DNA of 63,513 bases, the filler included, from Choristocarpus tenellus KU-1152 (Eukaryota; Protista; Phaeophyceae): assembly GCA_964200185.2 (NCBI GenBank). It is 11 parts of 11 records of this genome, joined end to end, with 100 filler letters (N's around TTAATTAATTAA, not from the genome) between each part and the next. Parts side by side here need not be neighbours in the genome. Positions count along the whole stretch, not along the records: positions 49,548 to 56,466 come from CAXNAD020007060.1; positions 56,567 to 60,861 come from CAXNAD020015244.1; positions 60,962 to 63,513 come from CAXNAD020026843.1; 8 more parts are not named here. One strand, 5' to 3'. The translations under genes were made by a program, and so were the position numbers. Shown in pieces: positions 50,702-63,513 of this stretch (position 1 is the first letter of the stretch; the number at the start of each line of letters is the position of its first letter). The notes beneath the pieces were generated by a model, which did not search any database, had not been told where the DNA came from, and saw only the letters and a program-made list of their open reading frames with translations.

Positions 50702-53700
50702 TCCTTCCTCATTGAGTGTCTGTGCTCTGTATTGCTCAGGTGGTATGTCCATCGCAGGGTTCTACCAAATTATCTCTACTGCTGCCTGGTCCAAATCTAT
50801 ATATACCATGTATCTCAACCTGGGGAAAATTTGTGGAGAGGTCTCAACGGCCCGCATGAAACTTCGTTTACATGAGCAGATTCTGGATGCAGATCAAATA
50901 TGTCTATGGGATAGGAGTCGATGGGTTGAGAATACCTTGTGTTGACAGAACTTCAACGCCTTCTTATTCAACACTTGATGTTCTAAAACACACAAAAAAA
51001 TGTCCTCGTCTCTAGTACCTCGGTATAGAAATGAATGAATGGGGAACCTTGTTGCCCTTGTCAGGTTGCCAGTTTTGTAATTATATATCAACTGAAGTCA
51101 GACGTCTCATCTTTGTAAGTTTTTCTCTAGTGATACATCCTTTCCTCAACCAAACACACGGAAGTGTCTTTATTTTTTGCCTTTCTCTCTATGGCAATTT
51201 TTTATCCCCCCTAAAATGGGATTGCATGTTTGAGGTTTAGAGCTAGTTGAAGGTGAAGACAGAGAACGAGCAAGCCCATCAGGGAGTTTTAACTCTGGAT
51301 CAGTACTTCTTTATCGTCGGGTATCAGCACCAGGGGATCACCACGTCAATCTGCCACAAGAGGTGTTGGAAGATGACCTTACATTGCACCTATGCCTGGT
51401 GTGTGCAGGGGTCTCTGGGGCAGATGAGTTTGGAATACGGTGAGCGCCTATGCTGGAACTGCCAGTTGTCTTCAATTTGTCCAGTGCGACATGGTGTGAG
51501 ACTTTGTGATACATGCTCCCTTTTTTTGTCAAGGTAAATTCCTGAGAACCTTGTTGTCCGTAAACAGTTGATTGGCTCAGCTTGTCCATATTGAGTACTA
51601 TTGGCCTTGCCAATAGAGAAAAACGTATAACAGAAAACCCGGCCTCAGATGTATGGATGGAATGATTTGCCTTTTCCTACATGATGTGACATAGGTCGGG
51701 GAATCTTTGCAGAACAAGGATAATGCTCTGTATCTCAAGCCTTATGGGTAGGATTTGACAAAAAGAAAGCTAGTTGGCATAACATTTAATCTTTTGGTTT
51801 CCCCTTCTCATACTAGATGAATCATACTATTACGGTCCCCATTGATAAAATGAATCGCAGTAATAGCCTTGCTCACAACACAGCCAGAGGGCTGCTAAAG
51901 ATGAGAGTGGTCAAAGGAAGGTTGGAGATTGTAAAACAGGCAGGTGAAAGAAAAAAAGAAACAAAGTATGACATGAACAACCGTAACAAACAAAGCTCCT
52001 TCATACCTGAAGGAGAGAAGAAGTCTCACTCAGTGATTTGGTTGTTGTTGGTTGATGGGTTAGTACTAACAATAAATTCAGGCAACATGCACACAGAGCC
52101 CATCAATTTGAGTCCGTTTGATGCCATCTACTCTGAGCTTGTACTTGAGAAAACAATCTTGATCTTAGTGTCAGCAGTCATCGTGGAAGGAATACAGATT
52201 TCGTGGAATGCACAATTCTGTGCTAACTTTTCAAGAAATCAGCACACACTCACAGAGTACAAATGTTCATGGAGTTTTACATCGCTACAAGGTTGAATTC
52301 AATGTTCGGCTTTGAGCAGTGACCACTTGAGGCATGTAATGATTTATATCTCCAGCACATACCTGAATCTTGTCCCTGACCCTATTCTATGCTTCAGCTG
52401 TAAACTTGACCCTCAATTCAGTCCTCACCTTCATCCCAAAGTATCCTCAGCTGAATCACCATAGGTCCTGAGTTCCTTCAACCTCCTTCCTGTCCACGCA
52501 TAATCTGTTTTCCACAAGGAGGCTCAAGCCGTCCTTCTGTACTCAGGGTGGTCGACCTCTGTCAGCATCTGAACTGCGCCAACTGTGGATGGAATCTGGT
52601 AGATCTGAGATGGGTTCTGGACACAAAGGGAGCACCAATGAGGTAGTTGTGGTTGCATGACATTGCAGATCTTCGAGCCGCAGACTTCAACATTCAAATT
52701 ATTCCTTTTTTATTTCCACACTATCAACAAATATCCTATGTATTCAGTGGTGCACAATAGGTTTATGGCAGGGAATGGGGTTGATGCCTCTATCTCATCT
52801 CCTGCTCATTTTGACCCCCTTCACTGCCATTATCTGTCTCAAGGGTGGTGGGAGTGTGGTTGATAGTGGTGGTAGGAATGACTGGAGCAAATGTGAGGAG
52901 GGGGAAGGGGAAAGCAACATGGGTGATAAGTCCACACTAATCCCACAGATCGTTGACTTGATTAAAGAGGAAAGTGGGAAAGGAAGGGGACAACCACTCT
53001 CCAGCTTGAAGAGAAAAAAAATTGGTGTTAGCAAGGACAAAAGCAGTTCAAGGAAGACTGAGGCAACCAAGGGTAGATCCAGCAGTGGAGGGCACAAGAC
53101 TGAAATTGGAATGCGCCAGATCGACATAATCTCATCTTTCAATACTGGTAGTGAAGAGTCCACTTCAAAGAAGTCAGACAGGTACATATATTATCGAAAG
53201 CGTTTGGATTGGAGTGCAATAAAGAGTAATTTTATAGTAGACGACTACCGTTGTGGGTGTCGTAGCTTCCAATCTCCTCATCTGGAAGTTGAAGTCAGTG
53301 TTTATGACTGTATTGCTAGTGTATCTCTTACAGGTAGATGGAAAGAAAAACAGAAATGACAACTATTGATAGTTGCTGCTATGATTTAGAAAGGCATTCA
53401 TGATGGGGAGAGTTACATGAGGAAGATGATTCACAGTTCGGACCTCTCAGTTTTCTCTTCTAGACTTATCCCTACCACACAGTGGTCCCTACTATATAGT
53501 GGTGTGGAATGGTGCTGCTAGAATCCAAAATATGGAACTTACAACGGAATTATTTTTGAATTTATTCTTTTAATAATCTGTACGTCTTGACAGCAATGAA
53601 AGCTTGAAAATGAGGTTTCCAGAAGACAGTTAAATGTTGTACAGAGATCAAGTCGAAAACTACTGCCTTACGGATCAATGAATGCAGAACTTCAAATCTA

Positions 53701-56585
53701 TCACTTTGCATGAAATTGTTTAGAAATAACTGTAGGTTGTACTACCTTTTCTGGTGTAGGTATCCCTAGTGAACTCGATATAACCCTGTTCAATTTCTTT
53801 CCCTTACTTGTCGTGTATATGCCACATTGTATCCCTGTTTGTGAGGTGCATCAAATCAACGCACTGATGGCTTCCCTGCCAAAAAATGAGGGGCATTCCT
53901 TTTTCCGTATGTATTTTGTAATGATATGAATTGTGAAACTTCAGTTGCAAACATATTCAATCGAAGAAGAATCGAGATCTGAATCAAACCCTTTAAAGTT
54001 ATTGATATATTTGTTGTGTGTGTGTTGCCCACATGTTTTGATTTTTTCTTCCCCACAATACTCGGTGTTCATGGCCACCAATCAGAACTTCATGCACCTT
54101 GTCTTCCAAGCTGCACACATAGTCCGATTATTTTTTTTCATTAAACCATTTCATGGCAATGATGAAAAAGACTCCAATTCTTTCAATTCATAGCACCACT
54201 ACTATGGGCTTAGGATTGTCTCACGTTCTTATTCCAGGCACCTGTTCTTACCCTGCCCAACAACAATGACTCAGGAAGCATGCCAGAACAGGAAAAACTG
54301 CTGACAAGATGGGCAGCACCAGAGTGCCTGTTCTCAACAGGGGGAAGTTGGGTGCTATTGGAGTAATGGAGGCAGGAGATGATCTTGGATACCACCGTGG
54401 AGCAGGTGGTAGGATGGTGAGGTCACAACTCTCTTACATAATGATCCTCTGTACGTCATGGCATGTGTAGACTTTGGGAGCTCAATCAGTTGGTCTCCAT
54501 GTAGCGAACCGTACTTTCTGAGTATCACATTCAAAGTATAAGAACAATGTAAATTGTTCATTGCCCAACTTATGATCCCTCTACAGCTATATTTTACACT
54601 ATTTTGCTGTACTGGGCTTGCAAAATGATTTCCAATGACTTTCAATGACTTCAAAGGTCCAATACATCAGACGTCAAAGCCATTAACAGCATCAGTATCA
54701 ACCCTGCACCACGCCCCATCCATACTGCCTCCCAGAAGACCCCTCAGAGTTTACACAATCAGCGGGGCAACCACCAACCAGGAAGTGTCACCTTAACACC
54801 TGCTAAGGACTGCAAATCTTTGTGTCGAAGTGTCAAGGGAAGCAAGGGGAGTGGGATCCTAACTACCAACAGTCAGCCAAATACCTATGACCCAGACGGA
54901 CTAGGCATGTTGTCAGTCTTGAGGCGTAAGGGGTGAGTTGTGAAAAAGAAACACCTTTACTCCTAGAACTTGACAGGGTTGAGGCATCCCCTTTCACTTA
55001 GTTTCTTCGGTCAGCTTGTAGTTCTATTGATCCCTCCCTCTCAATAATATCATTTCCCCTCCAAATTTTATTGCATGGCCAAAAGCTATTATGATCTCAA
55101 AGCTGCTCCATAACAACTTTCACTCACTGTCCTTCTTTCTTGTTGTTACTCATCTTTCCCACCCCTTCCCATTAATCACATGACATCCTCTGCTTGATCA
55201 TCAGATCGGAGATGAAACTCTCTGAAAGGGTGGGTGTGGATCGCCTAGCAAGATGTGCTGGTAGGAACATCGCCATCACTTCACCTCAATATTCCTTGCC
55301 AATTCTGAACCAACCTGGTAGTACTAAGGGTGGTCACAACATGTGAGTCAACCATAGACTAGCCCTCATAGTAGAGTGTGACCTCTTCCTCAAAACGTGC
55401 TTGCCATTCTCAATTGGTGCAAGCTGTAATGGGTTTGGAAGGAATTTAGGACTAACCATCCCCCACGATCTGCCTTTGCTCCATTAACGTTTCGGTCTGT
55501 TTGTTCAATACCCGCTATCAGACGAAACACCAAAGACAACATCGACATCATAGAACAGAAAGAACCTATTGAATTTTCAAGATTGCATGCTCCTCAGCCG
55601 GTGAGAGCCACCAGAAGAGGTTGTCTGACCATAATTCAACCATGAATGAGGTGCAAGCAGCATGACCAAATATTCTGTTGTGCTGCCTAGATTTTTTTAG
55701 CATGTTGTGTACCTAGTTGAATAGCTATCAACATATTTCCTGATGATACGTTTTGCATTTGTGCTCATTATCAGCAAAAAAAGTACAACGGGAACAGTTT
55801 GGAGCGAAAATAGTGAGGAGAGCATCTTGCAGGTTACATTGGTTATTTTGTATGTAGTGAAAACTACTTGACAGCTTTGTGTTACATATTTAGTTGATCA
55901 TGGAGATCTATTGTGTACTTCGACTAGGTTGCTCACAATAGCTAGAGGTGTGTACGTACCACCTCTCCAACATGATGCCTTGGTGCCACAGCAATTGGCC
56001 AAAGGTTAATAACCTAATGACATACTACTCTGGAGTATGTGTATGCTTTTTATATCCCTTCATAAATTGCTCCCTTATCACCGAATGATCTCAGAGACAG
56101 AAATATTAAAAGTTACTCTCACCACCATTGTTTTTAACCAAACTTCCCTTTACCCACAATACGAGCTTCCGCAACCCCAGTGTTCTATCGATTTTTCCAG
56201 CTATGCATACACTGGTGGCGTAAGGCTATCAGGCCAAGATTCCGTCCTTGATGATCAAGTGGGGCAGCAACATGCCCCAGGACAGGAGTGGGACTGGGCA
56301 AACTTGCAAAGACAGGAGCATGGTAGTGAGGGACACGAAGAGAACAAGCACACACCACCAGAGAACCTTAGTCCCCCTGAGTGGTTACAAGGGACTATAA
56401 CAGAGACAAGCATGGGAGGGGGTGCTGTAGGCGGACACTGTGAGGAGTCTCTCAGTCTGCTAACAGNNNNNNNNNNNNNNNNNNNNNNNNNNNNNNNNNN
56501 NNNNNNNNNNTTAATTAATTAANNNNNNNNNNNNNNNNNNNNNNNNNNNNNNNNNNNNNNNNNNNNGAGACGTGAGAGGAGGGGG

Positions 56586-56625
<40 letters not shown>

Positions 56626-56687
56626 GGGGGGGGGGGGGTGCTTGACTGATTCTTGACATAGGGCAACACTAAGAGCTTAGGTAAAGG

Positions 56688-56726
56688 TAACCCTAAGCCC
56701 TAAGCCCTAAGCCCTAACCCTAACCC
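56688..56726. repeat. Mixed telomere-like tract (CCCTAAG)3(CCCTAA)2
   Basis: Directly visible. Confidence 0.8.
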
Positions 56727-57716
56727 AAAGTGCACTTTGATTTCCATTCGAATGAGAAAATTCAGTCGTTTCAAGCCGATAAGCAAAATACTTGCATCTC
56801 TAGATTGACAACCCTATATAAGTGGACATGACAACAGGGCTTACAATATTGTACCACGCCTGGCAGGACTAGACAATATTGCACCAACCGTGTAGCAGGC
56901 AGCGGACAATTGATTCAGAACCTGGGCAAAAAAGTGGAGCAGCCCCATCACAGGCGTGGTGTCAACTAGCCAACAGGTTGGATAACCACAGCAAAATATG
57001 ACAAAAGAAAACACGGATCTCTACGGGGGAACATTGGTATATTAACTAACTGTAGTGTATTAACTAACGGTGACCTGAATTGTAGGTCACTACACTACCC
57101 CATCCACCACCCGTGGGGACAACAGGGTGCAGCCAGGGAGGCTATTGTAGGTCACATCTGAAGATAAGACATAGCCAGAAAGTGGATTTGGTGATAAGAC
57201 TACCTGGGAGTCAAGGACTTGCATAAATTGAACAGGACTTCTTGGTCAGCGATGATCAGAAGTCTATTCTTGAACACAAGATTCGGTGAGGTGGTGGACA
57301 GGACCACTACGCGGTTCAGGACGAGAATACTAGATTCTTAAGAGAGTAGCAATGTCAGACAAGAGATCGGATAGATAAACGTAACAAAAAATCAACAAGG
57401 AAAGCACCCTTTTAACGCGTATATTTTATTAAATAAATGCGTAAGTCTTTAGTAGGACAACGGGTGGAGTCAATGGCCCAGCAACTACTCAAGCACCAGT
57501 TCATCAGAATGATATTATATATAGTCGAAAATCACTCCAGTCTACTCTCCTAACTGTATCATATACCAAGAACTACGCAATCAGATTTTTTTTTTCCTAC
57601 ACGTGCAAAGTAAAAATATCAAAACAGTACATCATCTGCGGTGGTTTTAGCTGTTACGTTCATTCAAACATTTCACTTTCTTGGATACTTAGCTCTACAT
57701 TCCTAAACACCTTTAC

Positions 57717-59041
57717 CTGCACAAAGAGAAAAGGATGTTTTCAAAGGAATCCCTAGCAAAGTCTTCTATGACAGTCCGAGCACGCAGTTCTGGGTGTCCC
57801 CACCAGCCGAAGTGTTCTGCGACAAAGAAATACGCCTCCCCCTCACTTTTTGGTCCAGCAGCGGCCCTGGTCGGGCCTCCTGCCATCATTGCCAAGGATG
57901 GAGAGCAGTTGGGGTTGGGGTTGGGATTAGGGTCAGGGCGAGGTTGGGTGGGAAGGTAGGTAAAAGGGTGGGAAGAAAAAGAGTATACAAAGTTGTCACA
58001 GTAGAGAAAAGACATTTCAACAGTTGTTCGGCGGTTCCATCTACCTGCCTTTACAGCAAAGCCAAAGCTGAGCCTATGGTACTGAAAGCCCCAATACTCC
58101 TCCCATGACCCGGCCCTCATAATTATATCGAAATCAGGGCGTTGAGACACAGCCCACAAATTCAACGATTTGGGAATTCAGAAAGCATGGGTCTACCGAT
58201 ATTTTTGTGGAAAAAATAACCTCCTCCATTGCCAATTCCACTCCACATTACGATCTAACTCAATCGCGGCATGGACCTGAGAATATCAGTAGCGCGGAAG
58301 GATCATCTACCATCGCTTCTAGTCCACCCTTAATGTGCCCCACAAGCGCCTCTGGAACATCATGACCCTTTTGGTAATCGAGGAGGTACCAACGGGCGTC
58401 GTCCTTGTCAGCCCCGTTTAGCGACTCCCCCAAGGTCACTCCGTGTCCTGGAACCAAAATAAGGCTCTCCAGGTTTACTGCTGCGCCACTGCCCAATAAA
58501 TCCGGATACCATTCCCCTCTGGATGATCTGTTCAATGTCGAAGGGGGGCTTGGGATAAACGAATGGTGCCATCCATTGTAGGCAAAACTTCGGTCGACTC
58601 TGGAAGTGGGAAAAACTGGTAATACCACGGGTTGGGGTTAGAACCTCAACATCTAGTGCCAACGCATTGATCCAGTCTCACTCAGATGTAGAGTCGATTA
58701 CAAGTACGATACGCGAGTAATTCTACTGCTTTCAAATGAAGGGTGTGATGTATTCTTGAGTCGACCAGGGGGTTGCTGTGTAAAGCAGAAAGTCCATTCC
58801 AACCAATGATCGCCTCTGAGAGGGCTCACCCTATCGGCTCTTGCAACCACCATTGAAGTGATGGGTCTGAATCACTAGGACCTTTCCAGTTCAATAGGTG
58901 CAGTCCAACTGCAGCGAAGAAAATCATCAGGATTCCAATCAGTGAGCACTGCAACCGTCTCAAGGAAAAATTGTGTGCCTTTTCTGAGTCTGGAGGTTTG
59001 ACTCCCATCTCTCCCGTTTCCACATCTCGGTTTCTTACCAT
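57717..59041 (-). CDS. Membrane-anchored DUF218/YdcF-like protein (yeast YOR238W-like), 3'-partial; exons 59041-58830, 58599-58277, 57879-57717
   Basis: Phase-consistent GT-AG splicing gives an N-terminal TM segment (LIGILMIFFAAVGLHLL). It is followed by LILVPGHGV...WYLLDYQ...HI..G...DPSALLIFSGGPTRAAAGPKSEGEAY...RTVIEDFARDSFENILFSLCR. Confidence 0.82.
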
Positions 59042-62000
59042 TTTAGTAACAACGTTACAATGATCCAACGTGGAGATGCATTCGGTCTGTTTTCTTGTAG
59101 AGTAAAAGCCTTTGGGGGTGAGTGATGTTTTCCGGATCATCGGGTATATGCGAAGGATTGGATCTGAAGGTGGAACATATAATGGTGATTTTTTACATGG
59201 TCTATCTACTGGATGTTTCATGAGGAGGTCCGGTCCGTCTTGTAACTCACTCCTTGACCTGACCAGTTTGTTATGATTCGATTATGGGTCAAGAACAACA
59301 AACACCTAACATTAAAAAAAACAGTTAACATATTCTTAACAGTAGTCGGTCTGTCCACTATATACTCTATAAAATGTATAATAATATTAAATTTCATTTA
59401 TCATTTCAATGAAGAATATTCTTGTGACAAAAAAGGCACAATTAAATGTTTGTAGACATTCCGCCACTATCATTTTCTGAAACCAACCTTCCATCATCAC
59501 AAATTCTTCTTCCACTCATACGTTTCTCAAACAAAAAGAAACAATCACCATATCCTGTCCTATAATATAGTTGATATATGAAGAGTAAGTCAATTCCTAC
59601 ATCGGTTGTTTTCATATTTTGAACCCTCATACCCCAGATATATTTATCCACATTCTGGAAAGAAAAAATAATTCCTGGTCGATGTTGGAAGACAAAATAG
59701 GGTATATTTTATGTGAGGGAAAGGTCACTTTTTTTGGATTTTGTGACATTGATGAGGATAATACGCGTCACCTTTTCCTATTGAGGACAAAGGAAAAGAT
59801 GTGCTGCGGGTCAGACGCACGACGGGATCGCGGTGACCCCAACGTGAACACTGGATTCAAACCACCAAAAAAGTCCCAAATTATGTTTTCTTTTCTGACT
59901 GGTCACAATCAATCACATCATCTTTGAACCTCTCAACATACACCCAACATACCTCAGTCTCACTTCTTTTCTGAACCTCATCTGTGGAGGTTCTGTGTAG
60001 AACGATCACTCCCCATCACATAGAAGTAGCCACCTTCACAGTGGTACTCACACCGATCTGTGTTGGGGGGTCACCAGAGATATAGGTCCACGCAACAATG
60101 GCGGACAAGAAGGAAGTGCAACCAACTCAAAAGGTTGTTGACCCTAGTCAGAAAGCCGAGACGAATTCGAGAAATAAAGCACCATCAGGGAAGCGTAGGT
60201 TGAGAGGAAGGATAATCCAATATCCCAAACGTGTAGATCCTGAGCCCTCTCAAAAGGACTAATACACCCTTGGCGGTTCGCTTGAACACGATGGCTGTGT
60301 CCAATGCCTGGGTGAAGGCTTCATAATAACCCGGATCAGACCCTCTGTCAAGCGTCGACCGAAGATGACGAGCACAAGGAGGAACAGAAGTTCGATATCT
60401 ATGACAACTTCCTTCATTCAACTCCGAGTTGTCGCATCTGCCTAACACAGTTATTGGAGTTGGAGAGGGTGGAGGTCAGCCTCACTGCTACGACCCTGTC
60501 ATGGATAAACCAGCAAGATAAGATTAGTATATTGTCCCACCCTACCCTGACCACATTCTCTGGGCCCATGTACTTGATCTCTCGATCATGATACATCTTT
60601 CTCACGAGGACTTACCCTCATGAGTTCTGGAGCACAGGGTTTGTCCTATTCACCTGTTTCCAAATTTCAAACAAAAAATGGGTTAAACCGTTCCCTCACG
60701 CGAATCTACAACAACTACAAAGAGCATACGACTGGTCGAGTTTTATCGGCGATCAAAGCACGTGCTACCCCGTCAGAATATCTATTATTCTGTTCGTAGA
60801 TAGTGCTGCTGATACACTATAGACACCACTGGTGGATTATGTGATAAGGTAGAGAGCCAGTNNNNNNNNNNNNNNNNNNNNNNNNNNNNNNNNNNNNNNN
60901 NNNNNTTAATTAATTAANNNNNNNNNNNNNNNNNNNNNNNNNNNNNNNNNNNNNNNNNNNNGGTCCAGTCAAGAGAAACAAGTGTATACTCGGATTAGGC
61001 CAGACACAATTTAATGGAGATTGCATTGTGTGACCTTATGGACACCTTGAAGGGAACGTGGATAAATTAATCACATTTGTGATTAGAGTGATTGGAACTG
61101 GGAACCCATTTATTTTAAGCCATGTCAGAGATACATACTTTGTAAATTTTGAAGGTGTGTTTCAGAAAGAGCAAATGTATACTCAGACTAGGCCAGGTGC
61201 AATCTGACTCTAGTGGTATTCTGTGACCCTTGGAAAATTTTCTCAGGTTAGACAAGGATATTTGTTGACCTGTTTTGGGGCTAGTTGGAGTTATATATTT
61301 TTTAAATAAAAGTATATACTCTTATCTGGTCAGACATATATTGATCTTGACTGCGCCTTACTACTTTTGAGGATCCGTTCTCAAAGGAAACGAGGGGATT
61401 GTTGATCATTGTTGGAATCCATGGGTTAATTTGGAACTGGAGTCCCTATGTTGGAAAAAAACTGGCAGAGTCGGAGCTGAAGCCCTTAAGTTACCAAAGG
61501 GCAATTATGCATGCCACCGCAGCATGATCTAAGGTGATGGATATTTACTATCCAGATAATGATTATTGCCTGTGGTAAGCATGAAACAGGTAGTCCCTGC
61601 ATGGAACATGGGATAGCAGAAATTGGAACCATGAAGTAACCCAGATCAGAACAGATAGCAATTAATGTCAGATGTTTCTAAAATTTTTTTAATTGTCATT
61701 TTGTGTTTTTGAATATATATTTTCTGTGTACATCAGGTACCTGATCCCCCTTATTCCATGGATTTTTTTCCCCCCCGTTTTGTTTTATTCTTGGATTTTC
61801 TTTTTTTTCTTATTTTTTCCATTTTTTTTTCTATCCCTCAACTTTTTTTTCTCTCTTCTCTTTATCTGAACAGGTACCTGATCCCCTTAATTCCTTGTTT
61901 AGTTCTATCTTCATTTTTTTCTCTTTTCTTTTTATCGCTGATGTTGATGTTATTGCCTGTTTTACGCACTACTAGCAGCCGTCAGTATGCTTCGTGCTTG

Positions 62001-63293
62001 GGAGGCAAGAAGATGATACTTGGCACCTTAGGGTAACTGTACTTTTAGAAAGAGTAGATGTACACTATGATTAGGTTAGTTGCAGACAGATTTCTCCAAG
62101 GAGATAAGGATATATTTTTTGGACATGTTAGGAGTTAGTTTTTTTTTTCTTCTTTCTTTCTCCTTGCCACAGGATGATCGGAGGTGATTGAAGATATCTG
62201 CTACCTTCACTGGTGACAATCGCCTGCGGTAAGCGTGAAACATGTATTGCTAGTTCACGCTGGGGGGCATGTTACAGGCGAATAGCGCGAGTATTTCTTC
62301 CCATGTTTTAGCAAACACGAACATTTGTGACAGATGTATAGTGTAAGGATTGTTTCTTGCGTTCTAACAAGTGCGAACAATATACGATAGAAGTAAAACA
62401 TAGGTAGCCTTACAGAATAAATGACGATTTGATAGGAGATGCAGAGTAAGATGTGACATTCAAACATAATCTTACAGAATAGATGTCAATTCCTGGAAGT
62501 TGCAGAATAAAGATTTATGATTGAAGTATCTACTTAGCAGTTTGCAGACTTCATTTAACTCTTTGGCTGTAGAAAATTGGTGGATGATGCTAAAAGAAGG
62601 CTGATGGGGACCCCCACGCCCTCAGTTCTTTTTGATGTACCTCTTTTGATAAAGCGAAAAGCGAGACATTGACTGAGCTAAACATCAAGCTGACACCGTA
62701 CGTGGTTATCATCTGTGGACCCCCCATTGTAGCGTCGTTTTGAGGCCGTTGGATTTGAGTTGTACTTCCTGGAAGGTGAGCATTAAGGGGTGCCTGTAAC
62801 ACTAACACACCTCGGCATGTTTGGGACCCCTCGTAGACTTGGTGTCAGGCTTCAACGTCAGCGCTTTCTTGGTGATGGTTGTTGTCTCCTTCTTCAACTT
62901 GTGGAGGGTACTACTGTCACCTATTCCATTTTTTTGAGATACTGTAGTTTCCGTCATGGTCTTCAGGAGTGTCAGCGCTTCACCCTCTTTGCAAAGTTCA
63001 GGTGTTTACGATTGTCGGCAACTGGAGGCTTGTAGGACGCGACTTGCTCCACATATTTATTTGGCAGCACCTTTCCCTTGCCCTTGTTGTTGTTATCGTA
63101 GCGCTTCGACACCGTGTTGTTACTGGCTGGAGGACTCGAAGCCTTGCGCTTGGTGGGGCTCATGCACAATTTTGCATACTCTTTTCTTTTCGCTGGGGCC
63201 AAAATGGATCCACGACGCCGCAGCAAATGCCATGAAGATAGCCACCACAAAGGAGACACGTACGGTATATATAGTGTGGGGGATCAGAAGTAT

Positions 63294-63513
63294 GAGTGAA
63301 AGTATATTAGAGGGTCGAGTTTCGCCCTGTTTGTCCATTGGGCTTGGCTTTCCCCATGTTTTTTTAAATGACATTTTCCAACTCCAAAATGTTTTGGAGT
63401 AGGTAAAATGTATACGTTATTAAGAAAAGGTGTGTCCAAAATATGGATATTGACACTTCCTAACAAACACGATAGCCAAAATTAAATCAAAATCGCAACA
63501 TTGGATTTTGACC
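63294..63513 (+). mobile_element. MITE family A, truncated by window end
   Basis: GAGTGAAAGTATATTAGAGGGT followed by the family body. Confidence 0.85.

Noticed and set aside
11268-60961. Recurrent TTAATTAATTAA palindrome as a biological repeat or recombination site
   Set aside because: It is always centred in 44+44 Ns, so it is an artificial six-frame-stop joiner. Gene neighbourhoods across it were not interpreted.
61733-61895. CAGGTACCTGATCCCC direct repeat flanking a pyrimidine tract, as a retroposon TSD
   Set aside because: A degenerate local tandem duplication explains it equally well, and no element body is recognisable.

Overview
This is intron-rich, repeat-rich eukaryotic DNA, not prokaryotic. 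It is a concatenation of 11 contigs joined by an artificial 100-nt spacer (N44-TTAATTAATTAA-N44), so adjacency across spacers is not evidence of linkage. GT-AG introns of about 0.2-3 kb, TTAGGG motifs and the transposon types suggest a stramenopile, probably a brown alga or close relative (inference only). I reconstructed three genes by hand with phase-consistent splice sites. (1) A complete 6-exon Wss1/WLM metalloprotease with SHP, VIM, four RanBP2 zinc fingers and a C-terminal SIM (1680-7953, -). (2) A 5'-incomplete SLAC1/SLAH anion channel with a ~320-aa low-complexity insertion in the TM6-TM7 loop (24990-35007, +). (3) A 3'-incomplete membrane-anchored DUF218/YOR238W-like gene (57717-59041, -). 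There is also a candidate gene head-to-head with Wss1 and a CFAP97-like exon. The rest is largely decayed mobile DNA: three Copia remnants, an RTE-like LINE, a CRE/RLE-type non-LTR element, a DD39D (Stowaway-type) mariner, and more than 20 copies of three MITE families that share the terminal motif G(A/G)(G/C)YCAAAGTATCT. I cannot show a clearly new multi-gene system. The best leads are the SLAC1 loop insertion, the three-family MITE system with mixed 3/4-bp TSDs and G-tracts, and a CpG-depleted versus CpG-island-like pattern.
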